Below are positions 1-16,237 of a stretch of 64,000 nt of DNA, in pieces. A program made the position numbers and the translations under genes. The notes beneath the pieces were generated by a model. It was given only the letters and a program-made list of their open reading frames with translations, was not told the origin of the DNA and did no database searches. Each line of letters opens with the position of its first letter. Position 1 is the first letter of the stretch. This DNA is from the human T2T-CHM13v2.0 reference genome, Homo sapiens. The DNA is taken from NCBI RefSeq assembly GCF_009914755.1, contig NC_060945.1; one strand, written 5' to 3'.

Positions 1-120
1 GGGCTGGGAGGTGGGGCGGGCGGCGGGCCCAGGCTGCTAGAGGGACCCAGGATCCTGCAGCTTTTAAATTGCAGGCGCGGCTGCTCCGACTCGACTCGCT
101 TAGGAATTGCTGAACTTCGT
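1..120 (+). promoter_or_regulatory. 3' edge of a promoter CpG island with GC box
   Basis: Very GC/CpG-rich start (ggggcgggcggcggg at 13-27, further CpGs at 76-120), consistent with lying just downstream of a CpG-island first exon. Confidence 0.5.
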
Positions 121-3092
121 CTTCTCAGTTTGAAAGCTTCAGAGGGGTCTCCCGAGGATGCTGAGCACTCTCTTGATTTGGCCACTTCTTTGCCGCCCCC
201 CCTCCCTCTTTCCAACCAATCCTCCTCCCCCACAGAGTTCGGCGTTAGCCTGTGCCTGTTACAACTCGCTTCTTGTATCCATTTCTGGTTAGTCTTAAGT
301 ATCTTCTTGAGGACATTGTCTAAAAAGCAGCTGCATGCCATTGACATTCAGACAGAACAGGGCCCCTTGGCCTTAGAAGGTGTAGGGGCCTTAAATATTC
401 TGAAGGTGACTTCATGGAGTGGCCGCCCTCTGTGGTCACCCTACCTGTGCGTGGCCCTGTCCTGGCGTATCTGCCAGGGGGACGCGCTGCAGCAGCCTGA
501 AGACTGCTGGGTTAAAGGCAGTGTGGCCGGGTGGGAAAGTCCCCAGGAGTGTGGATTCTAGAACAGGCCTTCCTGGAGGGAGGGTGCTGCCCCGCCCCAG
601 GCTGGGGCCCCAGTGCAGACTCCACGCTGGGGAGCTACACCCTGCGCCTGGACGCGCGTCTGTGTGCCAGGACTGGGGAAGCAAACTGAAAGTAATGGCT
701 TTATTTTGGAAATTAGAAAAAGAGCATTCACCAAAGTAATCTGTTCCGTCCCTGCCGTAGACACGTGACTGATACACCTGCCTCCCATCCCCTCCGCACT
801 TTGACCTCGTAAACAAGTGATCTGACACAACAGGGCTTGAGTTACTTGCCCGAGGTTGTGTCACGGAACGGCAGGGCCGCCTTTAGGCTTACATCCCTGG
901 AACTCCCACCTCCACAGACCCGTCCGGGTGCTGAAAGTCCACGGATGCTATCCCTGGTCAAATCAGAGGTAGGTGGGAAATGTTGGAATTCTCCTAAACA
1001 GGGAAGGGGAAGATCAGAATGTGTGTTTGAGAAGAGCCTGATTTCCTGGATTCCTTTGGAGGAGGGGTGTCCTTAACTTGCCCAATCACATTTACCCTGT
1101 TCATCAATCTTCAGCCCCGCTTAGGCTCTCACATTGCAGACCCCACGGCAGAGCCCCTAGTGCTTGGCACTGAAGAGCCAGTGCAGGCCCGTTGTCACCA
1201 TCAAAACCCACCTCTGGTAAATTCAATGGCTTCTGCTTCCACGCTTTGCCCCCCCTCTCTGGCCTTGTCAAAAACTCTTGTGATGTCCCTGTTATAAGGT
1301 ATCGCCGGTGGACTGGTGTTTCTAGATCGCAGCGTGGGACGTGATTGGCTACATTTGACTGTTTCCTTTTTAATGACTTGTTTAATGTGAGATCTTTAGC
1401 TGCTCCATCTCATTGCAAGATTTTTGTTACAGTAAAGTTGGACTGAGTTTTCTAAAGACAGTTGCTCAGAAATTTCATGGGAATTTACTTTTGGTTAACC
1501 GAAGAGTGTTTGGGGTTTTAAACGGGTCGTTTCAAGTGGTAAAGTAACATGACCACGAGGCGTCTGTCCTTCCTAAAACCACTTCATCATAATTTCAAGA
1601 TTGATTCTAAATTACCAATTTCAAAGCGCTGCATTTTAGGCAAGTGCATTAATCGTTCACCTTCTGACAGGCTTTCATGTAGTCATTTACAAGCGGCCAT
1701 GTTTTGATTATCTTTGTCAAGCAAAGTGCAGGAGACAGGCAGTCTCATAACCTTGGGGCAGTGTCTGTGTTTAGTTTTGGAGGCGGGAAGGCCGAGTTGA
1801 TGGTGAAAGTTGGCCATTCTTTCTGCAGGGCCAAAGTCTGTACCTGGCTATTAGGGTGCATGGATGCTGGGGTTAAATTGGCCACGTCTTTTCCCAAGCC
1901 TAGGTAGAAGGATTGCAGATAGGATATGTTTTAAATGTTACTGGTGGTGAATTGAAAGCAACACAACTATCCTTCAGTGTGTGACTGGCAGAAATCTACC
2001 TCCTGGCTAGCGTGCCCTGTGTCACTTAAGACTCAAAGTGGAGCTGGGTGCTCTTGGTGGGACAGTGTGCCTGCAGCCCAGAGGCCTGTCCCCAGTGACT
2101 GGGAAGGCTATGCATCATTGTTGGAGATGGTCTCGATTCCTTTCTGAAAGCGGGTAGAGAATGAAATGCATAATAAATAACAATAATGATGAATTATAAA
2201 ATGAGCAGCAGTAACAAGCTGTACAAGGAAATACCTGTCCTGAGATCGATTACTCACCCCTGACTGTCTGCCCTCCTGATTCTCAGCCAGGTGCTGGGAG
2301 CTGAGTACCGGCGCTGCAGCCACGCTGGCTCTTGTTCTCTTCCTCATGTCCTATTAGCTGACCTGACACTAAATCTGTCACCTGCTTTATGACATGCTTA
2401 CCTTATTATTTTATAAGCTCCTCTACATCCCTGTAAGGAGAGTGGTATTGCCCCATCACACAGAAACTGACAGAGACACTGACATGGGAAACTGAGTGGG
2501 GAAGTGTGGCCAGCGTCTCAGCTTGGGCAAATCTAGATTTAAACAAAGGTCCAATAGAATCCAAAGCTGTTATTCTTTCCACCAAACCACCTTGATGCTC
2601 ATAAGATCCAATAGATGAAAATCTACATTTCTGAAACGGAGACTAAGTCATTGGCTTCACATACACGTATTCATTTAAACACTTTTCACTTGTAGAAGGC
2701 CGTACTTGCTGGACTGGGGGCTCTGAAATCTCCATCTGAATTGATAGAAACAGATACATGCTGGATATGGAATCAAGAAGAAAATTAATTCAATTGACGT
2801 AAATTCATCTATGCTCAGCTTTTTACGGTACACTTGGTGGGAGTAAAATGAAGAGCTGTTTATTGACTCCTCATGTGAAGAATGTGCTGATGATTGGGTT
2901 AAGCTTTTCATAGATTGATTTCTGATTTAGGCCATTGTCCTAGTCTAATTGGAGTGATTGATTGAGTGAACAAATGTGCATTTTATTAGGGAGCTACACA
3001 TAATTTTTGCATTGAGAAATTAACCAGTTGTTATACTTTGTAAAATATGGTGTACTAGCATTGATTTTTGCCAAAATAGACAGAAGTCAGAT

Positions 3093-3470
3093 TGTTAGAG
3101 GAAGACCGCGTCAGTTTGGGTTATGCACTTGTCAGTTTGGGAAGCAGGTGCCACGATGAGATGGGAAGTGCAGGAAGAAACCCTGCAGAGGATGGTGGGG
3201 GAGCACCAGACCTCCAGGCAGGTCTGACCCCCGTGAGAGGAGGCGGAGGGAGCAGTGCTGGGGAGGAGGAGCCTCAGACCCAGCCCTGAGTTAGGCACAG
3301 CCAGCCCAGTGCCAAGTGGACCCCCAGGGTGGCCCTGCGTGAGTACCCGCTTTGGTCATTACCCCTGAAGGGGTCCCGAAGGTGTCTCAGCAAGGAGGCT
3401 GTGGCTCACCTGTCTCCTCACCTGTCACCTTGAAGCGGCTTTCTCTGGCAGAGCTCCATGGCGGCCTCAG
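3093..3470. mobile_element. Degenerate ERVL-type LTR (LTR16-like)
   Basis: gcaggtctgacccccgtgagagg...gagcctcagac resembles LTR16 core; weak match. Confidence 0.35.
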
Positions 3471-3505
3471 AAACAAAGTTTAGGGACTTAAAATTTTATG
3501 CATGT

Positions 3506-3626
3506 ATTTTAGAGGTGGGGCCTCACTGTGTTGCCCAGGCTGGACTCAAACTACTGGGCTCAAGCGATCCTCCCACCTTGGCCTCCCCAGTAACTGGGAC
3601 TACAGGTGCTGCCACCACACGTGGCT
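3506..3626 (-). mobile_element. FLAM/Alu monomer
   Basis: Single Alu arm. Confidence 0.85.
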
Positions 3627-4049
3627 AAGTTTAGTGACTTTTGATAATCCACAAAAACAAAAGGAACAGTAAAGACAATCCCAACTGTGACTCATTATGC
3701 GGCACGGGCGGGCGGGATTTTGGATTAGTTTTAGGAAGCGAACCACAGCCGTCCTCCTTGGACTCCCTGCCGTGGCTGGCAGTGAGCTGGTGCAGGGAGG
3801 CGAAGTGCTGGTGTTCTGGGAATTTTCAAATGCACTACAGCGATCAGGACACACGTGTTTCAGTGCACACAGGTTATTTTCAGTTTTCTAAATCAGGAGC
3901 TTATTACTATGACTTAAGTTCTAGAACATTGGTTAGAAAATATGTTTGTCGTGCAGTTCAGTTCCAGCTCCAGGCTAGCATTGCATTTTCCTGGAGCCCC
4001 AAAGCCTTTGTAACTTTTACTTCTTTTCTTTAAATGTTAGTGAATTATT

Positions 4050-4375
<326 letters not shown>

Positions 4376-5794
4376 TTATTCAGTATATAATGTTTCTTTT
4401 TGGTGAACAAAGCTATACAGGAAAATCGTAAACACAGATTCTGACAGGGTCCAGCTAGGAAGGTAAGTGAGAATGCAGACATGAGGCCTATGAAGGGGTG
4501 GCTGTGGTGAACATGAGTGAGAGACTGAGGCCTCTTTCACAGGGTCTGGCTCACCTGACCACCCGCTACTGACCCCCAGCTGAGCAGGGCCAGGTGGGTA
4601 TAGGACCAGAGTGACTCCATCTTTAGTCTTCCGAGAGAAACCAGGTATCTGGAGTTTTATATGCAATGTATTTATTTTTAACAAACTGCACACGCCAAAT
4701 TACAAATGTTGCCAACTGAATTCAACTGGGGCTACTGTTTTTACAGTCTCTGGGCTACAGTATTTATTTCTTGAAACAAAGTAACTGAACTAATTAAATG
4801 AGGACAAAACACGCATTTCCAAAATGCAGGAAGAGAGGGGGAAAAATCCCAAGAATTTATGTGCAGATGAAACCAAAAGAATCATTGCCTCTGTCTCAGG
4901 GATGGCTGCTGGAAACAGCGTTCTCTGATGATGCTTAGAGGAAAGGAGAAGATGGTACTAAGAGAATAAGCATCAATTGGAAAAACAACGTAACTCCACG
5001 TGTCTTTAAGGGCCTACGGGAGACCCTCCCGTAAGATCTATGCAAAGATAAAGCCTGCAAAAAATAATGTTTTCAGAATGCATCCATACATTTACCAGAA
5101 GCACTTCTAATCTTGACCTGTTTACATGGAATGTTCTATGTCCATGTCTCTGGACACACGTGATCCACATACCCGTCAGCACTTGGCATTGCTGTTGATT
5201 TTCGCAAAGCTGGTAGATGCAAAGTGTTGTGCAGTTGTGGTCTTGATTTACGCCTGCCTGCTGGATGAAAGTGAGCATCCTGCATATTTATTGGTTATGT
5301 GTGTCCTTCCCTGTGAAGTTCCTGTTCATGTGCTTCATCCATTTTTCTTTTGGGTGATGTCTTTTTCTCACCTATTCCTTATATATAGTTTCCATATTAT
5401 ATATTTCCTTATAGATTCAGGATGTTCATCTTTGGCTGTAATGTGTGCATTATATATTTTTCCCAGTTGGGTTTTATCTTTTCACTTTTTTTGTTTTGGT
5501 GAAAAGATAGTTTTAATGTAATGTATAATTTTATCCATCCTTCTTTTCTAGGTAGTGCCTTTTGCATGTTACTTTAAGTTCTTCCCAATTCTTGGGTCAC
5601 AAATGTATTCTGTATTTTTCTGTAGAAGTTGTAAAGTTTGCTTTCTCTGCTTAAGCCCTTTATCTCTCTAGAGTTGACTGTGCAGGTCTTCCGAGGTGTC
5701 TTTTGATAAAGCACCGTGGTATTTCACATTCCACCTGACACTCTGTGCTTACATTTATTCCCAGGTGCCCTTATTATTGTTCTTGCTTTTGTAA

Positions 5795-6184
<390 letters not shown>

Positions 6185-7079
6185 TAACAGCTGATCACCT
6201 TGCCATTGCTTAAAATTTATTTGTAGATTTTGGGGATTTTCTCAGTAGACATTCACGTCATGTGGGAGTGGTGAAGACTCTGTTTCTTCCTTATATCTTT
6301 CGTATTTTTCCTTCCTGTTTTGCTGCCTGGGCCAGGCCCTCCTGAGCAGGGCTGTATGGAAGTGTGACAGGCCATCCTTGTCCTGTTCCTGATTTTAGGG
6401 AAATGCTTCTACCATGCTGCCTTCCGGTGTGGGTACAAACAGTGGCCGTTTAGTTCTGAATCGTCCCACTCTGCCTCCTTGAAGCAGAGGAGGCCTGGTG
6501 TGAGAAATACAAACAAAGTGACCCAAAAGCAAGGAGCTGGAGAGATGGAAGATCCACTGTCATGGGTCACCGGGAAGACGCAGAAACAAAACCACAGAGA
6601 GCTGCGGCCTCCCCCTGCCGGGACGGCGAAACTTAAAAGACTGTGGGGACAAGTGCTGGAGAAGATGTGGGGGCAGACAGAGCACTGGTGCCAGCGTGGC
6701 TGCTTTGGGAATGGCAGGAGCTGCAGGGAGATGGCATCGAGTGGCGGGTGCACCTGCCGTGTGCTTCCCGGGGGACATGCTGAGGTGCTCATAGTGGCAT
6801 GGGTGTTGGAGTCAGACCCCGGGAGCTCTCTCAATGCCTGTCTCCAAATAAAATGAAAAATAACCTCGTGCTACATTCGCCATGGAAAGGGGAAGGAAGG
6901 AGCTCCTCCAGGCCGCAACATGTGTGCGCCTCCGGAGGATAACGCTGGGTGGAAGGAGTGAGCCGCAGAAGTGTATGCAGCACCTGACTTCATCAAGGTA
7001 AAGCACGCGCACCAGCAAAACCCATGTGCCCTGAGGACTCCGGCTCTAGTACCTGGAAGGAGAACACAGGGCTTCTGCA

Positions 7080-7301
7080 TCCTCTGCCTCCCGGGTTCAA
7101 GCGATTCTCCTGCCTCAGCCTCCCGAGTAGCTGGGATTACAGGCGCGCACCACCACGCCTGGCTAATTTTTGCATTTTCAGTAGAGACGGGGTTTCACCA
7201 TGTTGGCCAGGCTGGTCTCGAACTCCTGACCTCAGGTGATCCTCCCACCTTGGCCTTCTAAAATGCTGGGATTACAGGCGTGAGCCACTGCGCCCAGCCC
7301 A
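7080..7301 (-). mobile_element. AluS lacking 3' end and tail
   Basis: Begins mid right arm. Confidence 0.9.
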
Positions 7302-7657
7302 AGTTGTCAGTTTCTTGATACAAAGGTCAGAATATTTTCTTAATTTTTAAATCTCTACTATATCTGACAGTAAATCACCCTTTTCATTCCTAAAATGGTT
7401 TTACCTTTCTTTTCTAGATTCATCTCACAGAGGCTCATCTTTTTTATTAGTGTTCACAAAGAACCAGCTATCAGTCTTACTCATTTTCTCCACTGTGTCT
7501 TTGTTTCCGTATCACTAATTTCTGCTCATTGTCAGGATTTCCTTCTACACTCTTTGGGTTTATTCTGGTGTTCTCTTTCTAGGTTACTGAATTGAAACAT
7601 TTTCTTTTCTATTTTCTCTAAGCTTAGTTTCTTAATTTTCAACTTTCTGTCATAAGT

Positions 7658-7984
<327 letters not shown>

Positions 7985-8468
7985 TAGTTCTGCTGTACTG
8001 TCGTCTTGTTTATTTTGATATGTAATATTTTCATTGTTCAGCATTTTACAATTTTATTATTCTTCCATGACCCATGAATGCATTTATGTCCAAAGGCATT
8101 GAGGATTTTAGGTTGTTTTTATTATGATTTCAGCTGAAAAGCCTCATGGGCAGAGGGATATAGTCTGTATAGCACTGAGTCTCTGGCATTTCTTTAAGGA
8201 TTGAATTCTATTATGTATCTTCTGGCTTATAAAGTTGCGGTTAGGAAGCCAGCTGTCATTTCAATTGTCCTTCCTGTGTCAGTAGTAAGCTTTTTGTCTG
8301 GCTGCTTTTATAGTCTCTTTATTTCTGGTGTTTTTCAACTTGACTGTGGTCTTTCTAGCATGGATTTCTTTTTGTTTATCCTGTTTTGGATTCATTGTAC
8401 TTTCTGAAGATAAAGTATCATGTCTTTCAGCAATTCTGGAAAATTTTCAGCCATTATTTTGTTCAATA

Positions 8469-9062
<594 letters not shown>

Positions 9063-9191
9063 ACAGCATCTGCCTTATGCTTTGCTTTCTCATACCATCC
9101 TCCCAGCCACTTAAACTCTCGTTCATGTTTTTACCTTTCAGTCTTTTTATGCTTCATTCCAGGTTATTTCTTCAGCTGTCTTCCAATTTAG

Positions 9192-9529
<338 letters not shown>

Positions 9530-9562
9530 TCTGCGCTATTAATATTTAACCTGTTATTGTTG

Positions 9563-9702
9563 TTCTTTTTCTTTTTTCTTTTTTTTTGTTGGTAGAGATG
9601 GGGTCTTGCTATGTTGCCAGGGCTGGTCTTGAACTCCCAAGGTCAAGTGATCCTCTCACCTCAGCCTCCCAAGTGCTGGGATTACAGGCACCATGCCCAG
9701 CC
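9563..9702 (-). mobile_element. FLAM/Alu monomer
   Basis: Single arm with T-tail. Confidence 0.85.
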
Positions 9703-10448
9703 TAACCTGTTCTTTTAATTTTCATTTTTTTAATAGTTATATTTTTCATTCCTGAAAGTTCTCTTTGTTTTTTTCCAAGTTTGCCTCTCCTCTTGTTTGG
9801 TATTCTTTTCCTTACACTTATTTTTATTTTCTCTTTATGTCTAAACATACTTATTTTCTATACTGTAACTAATAATACCAAAGTAATACCGATAATAATA
9901 TTAACAAATACTAAAATTTGAATTTCTTGAGGGTTGGACTCCGCCACTTGTTCTGCTACCTCTTGCTCCCTGATCCTTGCCTGTCACACACTTTGTGATT
10001 TTGGATTGTGGGCTCATTTCACATGGGCTTTGTCTGTGGATTCCTGCAAGGCTTGAAGGGAGCAAAGCCTCCCTGGAGAAGCCCTGCTCCTACCAGGAGT
10101 CCAGGAGTGGGACTGATCTAGAATTACTTTAGGCTGATTTCCTGGGCTCACAAAGGGGATGTCTAAAGACATAATTGACTTAGATGGAAAGTGATCCTAC
10201 AGCAGAAATCTGAGATTGAAGAAATTGCTGATGGTGGAGGTGGATCTACATAAATCCTGATGAGTGAAACCGTAATGAACAGTAGAAGGAATGTCACAGA
10301 TTAGATATACCAAAATGACCAGGCTGTCTGGGGGGAAATTTTTTCTCACTCTAAAACTACCTGGTGGAGGACAACGTGTAATTTCCAGGGTGTTTAAAGC
10401 TGGGAAGCCTCCCCACTGAGCACGTCATTATCAAATGCTTTTCACCAG

Positions 10449-10780
10449 TTTTTGTTTTGTTTTGTTTTGTTTTTTGTTTGTTTTATTTGTTTTTTTTTGA
10501 GACAAAGTCTCACTCTGTTGCCCAAGCTGGAGTGCAGTGGTACGATCTTGGCTTACTGCAACCTCCGCCTCCAGGGCTCAAGTGATTCTTGTGCCTCAGT
10601 CTCCTGAGTAGCTGGGACTACAGGTGCATGCCATCACGCCCAGCTAATTTTTTGTATTTTAGCAGAGATGGGATTTGACCATGTTACCCAGGGTGGTCTT
10701 GAACTCCTGAGCTCAGGGGATCCGCTTGCCTTGGCCTCCCGAAGTGCTGGGATTACAGGTGTGAGCCACCATGCCCAGCC
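10449..10780 (-). mobile_element. Alu
   Basis: Dimer, (TTTTG)n tail; TSD caccagtttt. Confidence 0.95.
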
Positions 10781-11071
10781 CACCAGTTTTAACAATTGCA
10801 AAATGTGACTCAGATTTTGTCCTTATAAACTTAACCTTTTGTCGACTTCCCTGTCACCCATCCCACCTGAGATGCTTTCTGCTGCTTTAGCACAGGCAGA
10901 CTAGGTTGCCATTTCAATTGGCTTTCTTCAGATGACTTGTATTCGGTAGCTGAAGAACTGCTGTACATATACATGGCATATGCCAGTAATAGTTAAAGGG
11001 CATGTGAGGTTTCAAAAGTAGAAAATAAATGTGAAGGAAAAGACTAGGAAGCACCTGAAATGGTGCTATTC

Positions 11072-11364
11072 TTTTTTTTTTCTTTTTGAGATTCACTCTT
11101 GTTGCCCAGTCTGGAGTACAATGGTGCCATGTTGGCTCACCACAACTTCCGCCCCCCGGGTTCAAGTGATTCTCCTGCCTCAGCTTCCTGAGTAGCCGGG
11201 ATTACAGGCATGCACCACCATGCCCTGCTATTTTTTTGTATTTTTAATAGAGACGGGGTTTCTCCTTGTTGGTCAGGCTGGCCTTGAACTCCCGACCTCG
11301 GGTGATCCGCCCGCCTTGGCTTTCCAAAGTGCTGGGATTACAGGCATGAGCCACTGCGCCTGGC
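11072..11364 (-). mobile_element. AluSp/Sq-like
   Basis: Dimer; TSD tgaaatggtgctattctt. Confidence 0.95.
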
Positions 11365-12339
11365 TGAAATGGTGCTATTCTTGGGATCTGGCTGAGGATA
11401 TCTTCCCAGCAGGCCCATTCCCATCGTTGTTCTGGTATCACCATCTTGTCCCCTCTATCTTCTGTCTCCACTGGTGTCCAGGACAGAAACCTGGGCCCCA
11501 TCTATGACCCCCTTCCTCCATCTCCCACACCCCCTTCCCCATCTATGGCTCCTTGACCCTCACGATTCCCCTTGCCCGCCTCCTGCCCCACCACCAGCCT
11601 CGCTTTCGACTGAGACTGCCCGTGGTCTTGCGTGGGGTCGCTCCAGCTCAGATCCCATCACACTTGTTCCCCACAGAACAAGAGGCAGCCTTTCAGTGGC
11701 CCTGCGCTTTCCCCGCCACTGCTTGCTCAGCCCCCACCCGTGATGACGCCTGCTGATGTCAGTGTCCCCCGACCTCACGCTCTGCACCCCCACACCCGGT
11801 CTTCAAGCTGCCCCACTGGCCACACTCTGCCTTGGACTTTAGCCTGCCTGGAACACACTTTCTCCTTTTGCCTGGTGACTTCGACCTGGATGTCACTTTG
11901 CCGAGGTGGCCTGCTCCTATCCTGAGTGTGAGTTAGATACACACACACACTTAATGCACAACGGAGTCACGTCGTGGCTCTGTCTCTGCGGCCTGCCCGC
12001 TTCAGTTCACATTGCACTGCTGACCTTCCCATTTGCCCCCTCGAGGGAGGGCTGCACTGGGCTCCGCTGTGTGGACACAGCCAGCTGTGGCCAGCCCTGT
12101 CAATGGACACTGATGCCGCTCCGTTTTCCCAGTTATAAATATGATGGGCATCCTTGTACAGTTCTTCTCTAGTCAATGTCTTGAAGGTAAAGTCTACAGG
12201 TGGATTGCTGAGTAAAGGGTCTTGCCATTTCAAAGACGTTAGACACGTTGTTGCTGATTTACCCTCTGCAAAGATCACGTCTGTTTCTACTCACACCAGT
12301 AGTATTTGAAAGAATGACACTGTTGTAGATGTTTAATAG

Positions 12340-12660
<321 letters not shown>

Positions 12661-12693
12661 TTGTCTTCTAGTTTTGAAATTCAACATGCCACT

Positions 12694-12995
12694 GGCTGCA
12701 GTGTCTCATGCCTGTAATCCCAGCACTTTGGGAGGCTGAGGCAGGCTGATCACTCGAGGTCAGGAGTTCGAGACCAGCCTGACCAACATAGCAAAACCCT
12801 GTCTCTACTAAAAATACAAAAACTAGCTGGGTGTGGCAGTGCGTGCCTGTAATCCCAGCTTCTCAGAAGGCTGAGACATGAAAATTGCCTGAACCCAGGA
12901 GGTGGAGGTTGCAGTGCGCTGAGATTGTGCCACTGCACTCCAGCCTACAACAGAGTGAGACTCTATCTCAAAAAAAAAAAAAAAAAAAAAAAAAA
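12694..12995 (+). mobile_element. AluS
   Basis: Dimer with long A-tail; TSD aaat(t/c)caacatgc. Confidence 0.95.
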
Positions 12996-15059
12996 TCCAA
13001 CATGCTAAGACTGAGTAAAGCTTCATCTCCTGTGAATACCGTATAAAGCACAATTGATGCTGTACAGTATTTTATTTCAGCTGTGAAAAGGGACCGCGGG
13101 TGTCTGGCTGTGCTGGAGGAGGAGTCTGGTCTTTCTCGGTGGGAAGTGCTGGGTGGCCGTGGGCTTGGAGGCTGGGTCGTGGGGGTGTGGCCCAGGCAAG
13201 TTTCCTTCTCTGCTCTCGGCTGTGCACCTGTCTCCTTGTCTGTTCTCCTTCAGCAGTTTGTGAGGCTGCACATGTGAAAATGCCTTGTCAATGGCACAGT
13301 GGCACGTGGACCTGCTGCGCTGTGTGCGTGTCAGGGCGGCCATGTTGTGTGTGGCTGTCTGCACTCTGAGTCCTGGCTGGGCCGCCCGGGGATGATGGCA
13401 CTTAGGGAAGAGTGACTGCAATCAATGAGCACCACGTTGAAAAGCAGAGCAATCTAGAAGCGACAGCCTGAGCTCTGCGCCTTTGTCCTGAGCTGGCCTT
13501 AGGACCTCTGGGCACCTGGTACTCTTGCTTCCCGTGAGCTCCCGTGTCCCCGCATCCTGGCATGTGGGCCTCTCCCTATGCTCCTGGGGTGGAACTGAGA
13601 AGACGTGGGTTCTGCCCGTCTCTGTTACTGTTTATTCTTGAAGAACAGGGCAGCATGACTCCGGGGCGGAGGACGCAGCCCTGCATCCCTTGCGTCCCCA
13701 GGCATCTTAGGAGCACTGTGGAAACTCAGGGTGTGGACTTGAGCTTCGACATCAGTTGGCACTGGCCTTTTGCACCCATGAAATTGATGTTTGTCTGTGG
13801 CCTCCCAGGCTGGTGCTGTGTTCCTGGACCAGCGTCCGATTTCCCTGCTGCTGAATCACTTCATGGCTCAGCACAGCTGAGGGCAGCAACTGTTGTCCCC
13901 TAGAGCCCGAGATCTGGGAGCGGCAGGGGCAGCCACTGTTCCTGTGGAACACACTGGAGAGGCATCTGCAGGGGCGGGGTGGGGCTCCTGGTCAGCCTGT
14001 TCTTGTCTTGTTCTGGTGCCACTTCCTCAGGTATGCGAGGGCTGCCTTTGTAAGTCACTGGCAGGAAGATGGGAAAGGTGCTCTGCAGGTCTCTACTGCC
14101 AGGAGCTCAGCTTTGATCTTGAGTGCTGGTGGCTGTCCAGCTTTACTGGCAGGGATTCTGATGACTCAGAGACAGTAGCTACCCTTTTCCCAGTGGTATT
14201 GCCACTGAGTGTGGGATGGGTCACAGCTATGTCTGTGGCCTTTTGCAAATCAACTTCAAAATTTGCAGTCACATTTATGGTAGGACAGATTCATTTCACA
14301 ATGATTTTGCCAATTACCCTTGTTATTTCCACTCACATATATCTCCCCAAAGTGGAAACAAGGACACGTCTAGAGACAGGCGCTGGACGTCTCCTGCTCA
14401 CTGGCATTAAGTGGGCAGGCGGCTTATTGCTGAGTGATGGTCCCTGGACATTTCCAGTCGACTGTGTTTGACATGGTGGTGAATTGGACACGTGACAGGT
14501 GGCAATATGTTAACTGTTCGTAGCAAGGAAGATTTGTTTTCAGGCTGGTGGTTTGATTACAAGTTGGTCATTCTTAATGCCAGGGAGGGGGAAGAGAGAG
14601 AAAATGAGAGAGAATGAATGAGAACAAATGTAAGAACTTTTTTTGGAAAAAAAGAAAATTGAGAAGAAAGTGATAGTAATTACTAATTGTTTTTACTTTG
14701 TCACTTATTATGTATTTATTTCCAGAAAGGGATCAGTTTTTTCTTCCTTCCAAGTTTTGTGGAAGAAAAAGAAAACTGAAAGTATTTAATAACTGTGTCA
14801 TAATTTTTATTTTGTGCCTTGTGATTACATTGTATTTTGGGGAGTGGGTCAATTTTTTCTTAAATTAAGAAATGCTTTATATGAAAACACATACATAAAG
14901 TATTGAACCCCTGCACCTGCCTCAAGTGGAGAAATTAACCACTATAAATACTTTAGAAGGCAAAGGGTTGGTGAAGCTGAAAACTGCTAAAATTCTTAAC
15001 ATGCAGACAGAAAAGGGAGGTGGGAAGGATGTCGCCCTCAGAGAACGTGTCATACCTCA

Positions 15060-15700
<641 letters not shown>

Positions 15701-16125
15701 TCTAAGCCACTGCAGGGGCAGACCCTTGTCCCTTGGGTGAGTCCCTCATCTGGGGGCCCTGTGCCCAGGGCTGAGGGAGTGGTCAGTCTCAGCCTGTCAT
15801 TCCCCGCCCTGCCGGGCCCCACATCTCCTTTGCATAATGGAGGTAATGCAGGAAAATGCTTAGAGCAGGGTCTGGCAAATGTGTTATTAGTGCTCTGTGT
15901 TATTAATAAAGCATTGTGATGTCTCTTGTGCAGTATGGAAATAGGTTTCGTAGATTGCACTCAGGATTTCAGATTGACACGTATTTCCATCTGGAAACTC
16001 TTGCACGCGTTTGCACTGGGAGATGAAGTGGTCCCTGTTGGCTCAAGCTGCAGTGAGAGGGTGGTGGGGGTAGACTCAGTCCCTTGCCGGGGTTGGCCAA
16101 AGCAGGCTTCCTCTTCCTCCCTCAG

Positions 16126-16237
16126 GTGTGTGTTATCGGAGGTTTCATTCCTGGAAAATCCAGTGTCTATGAAACCAACATACATGGCGTTTGCATCACA
16201 GTTGGAGTCAGATGTGAGCCCGGAGGGCAGGTGTCTG
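16126..16237 (+). other. Candidate cassette 5' UTR exon (112 nt)
   Basis: Acceptor ttcctcttcctccctcag|G and donor CTG|gtaaga in unique sequence. Confidence 0.4.
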
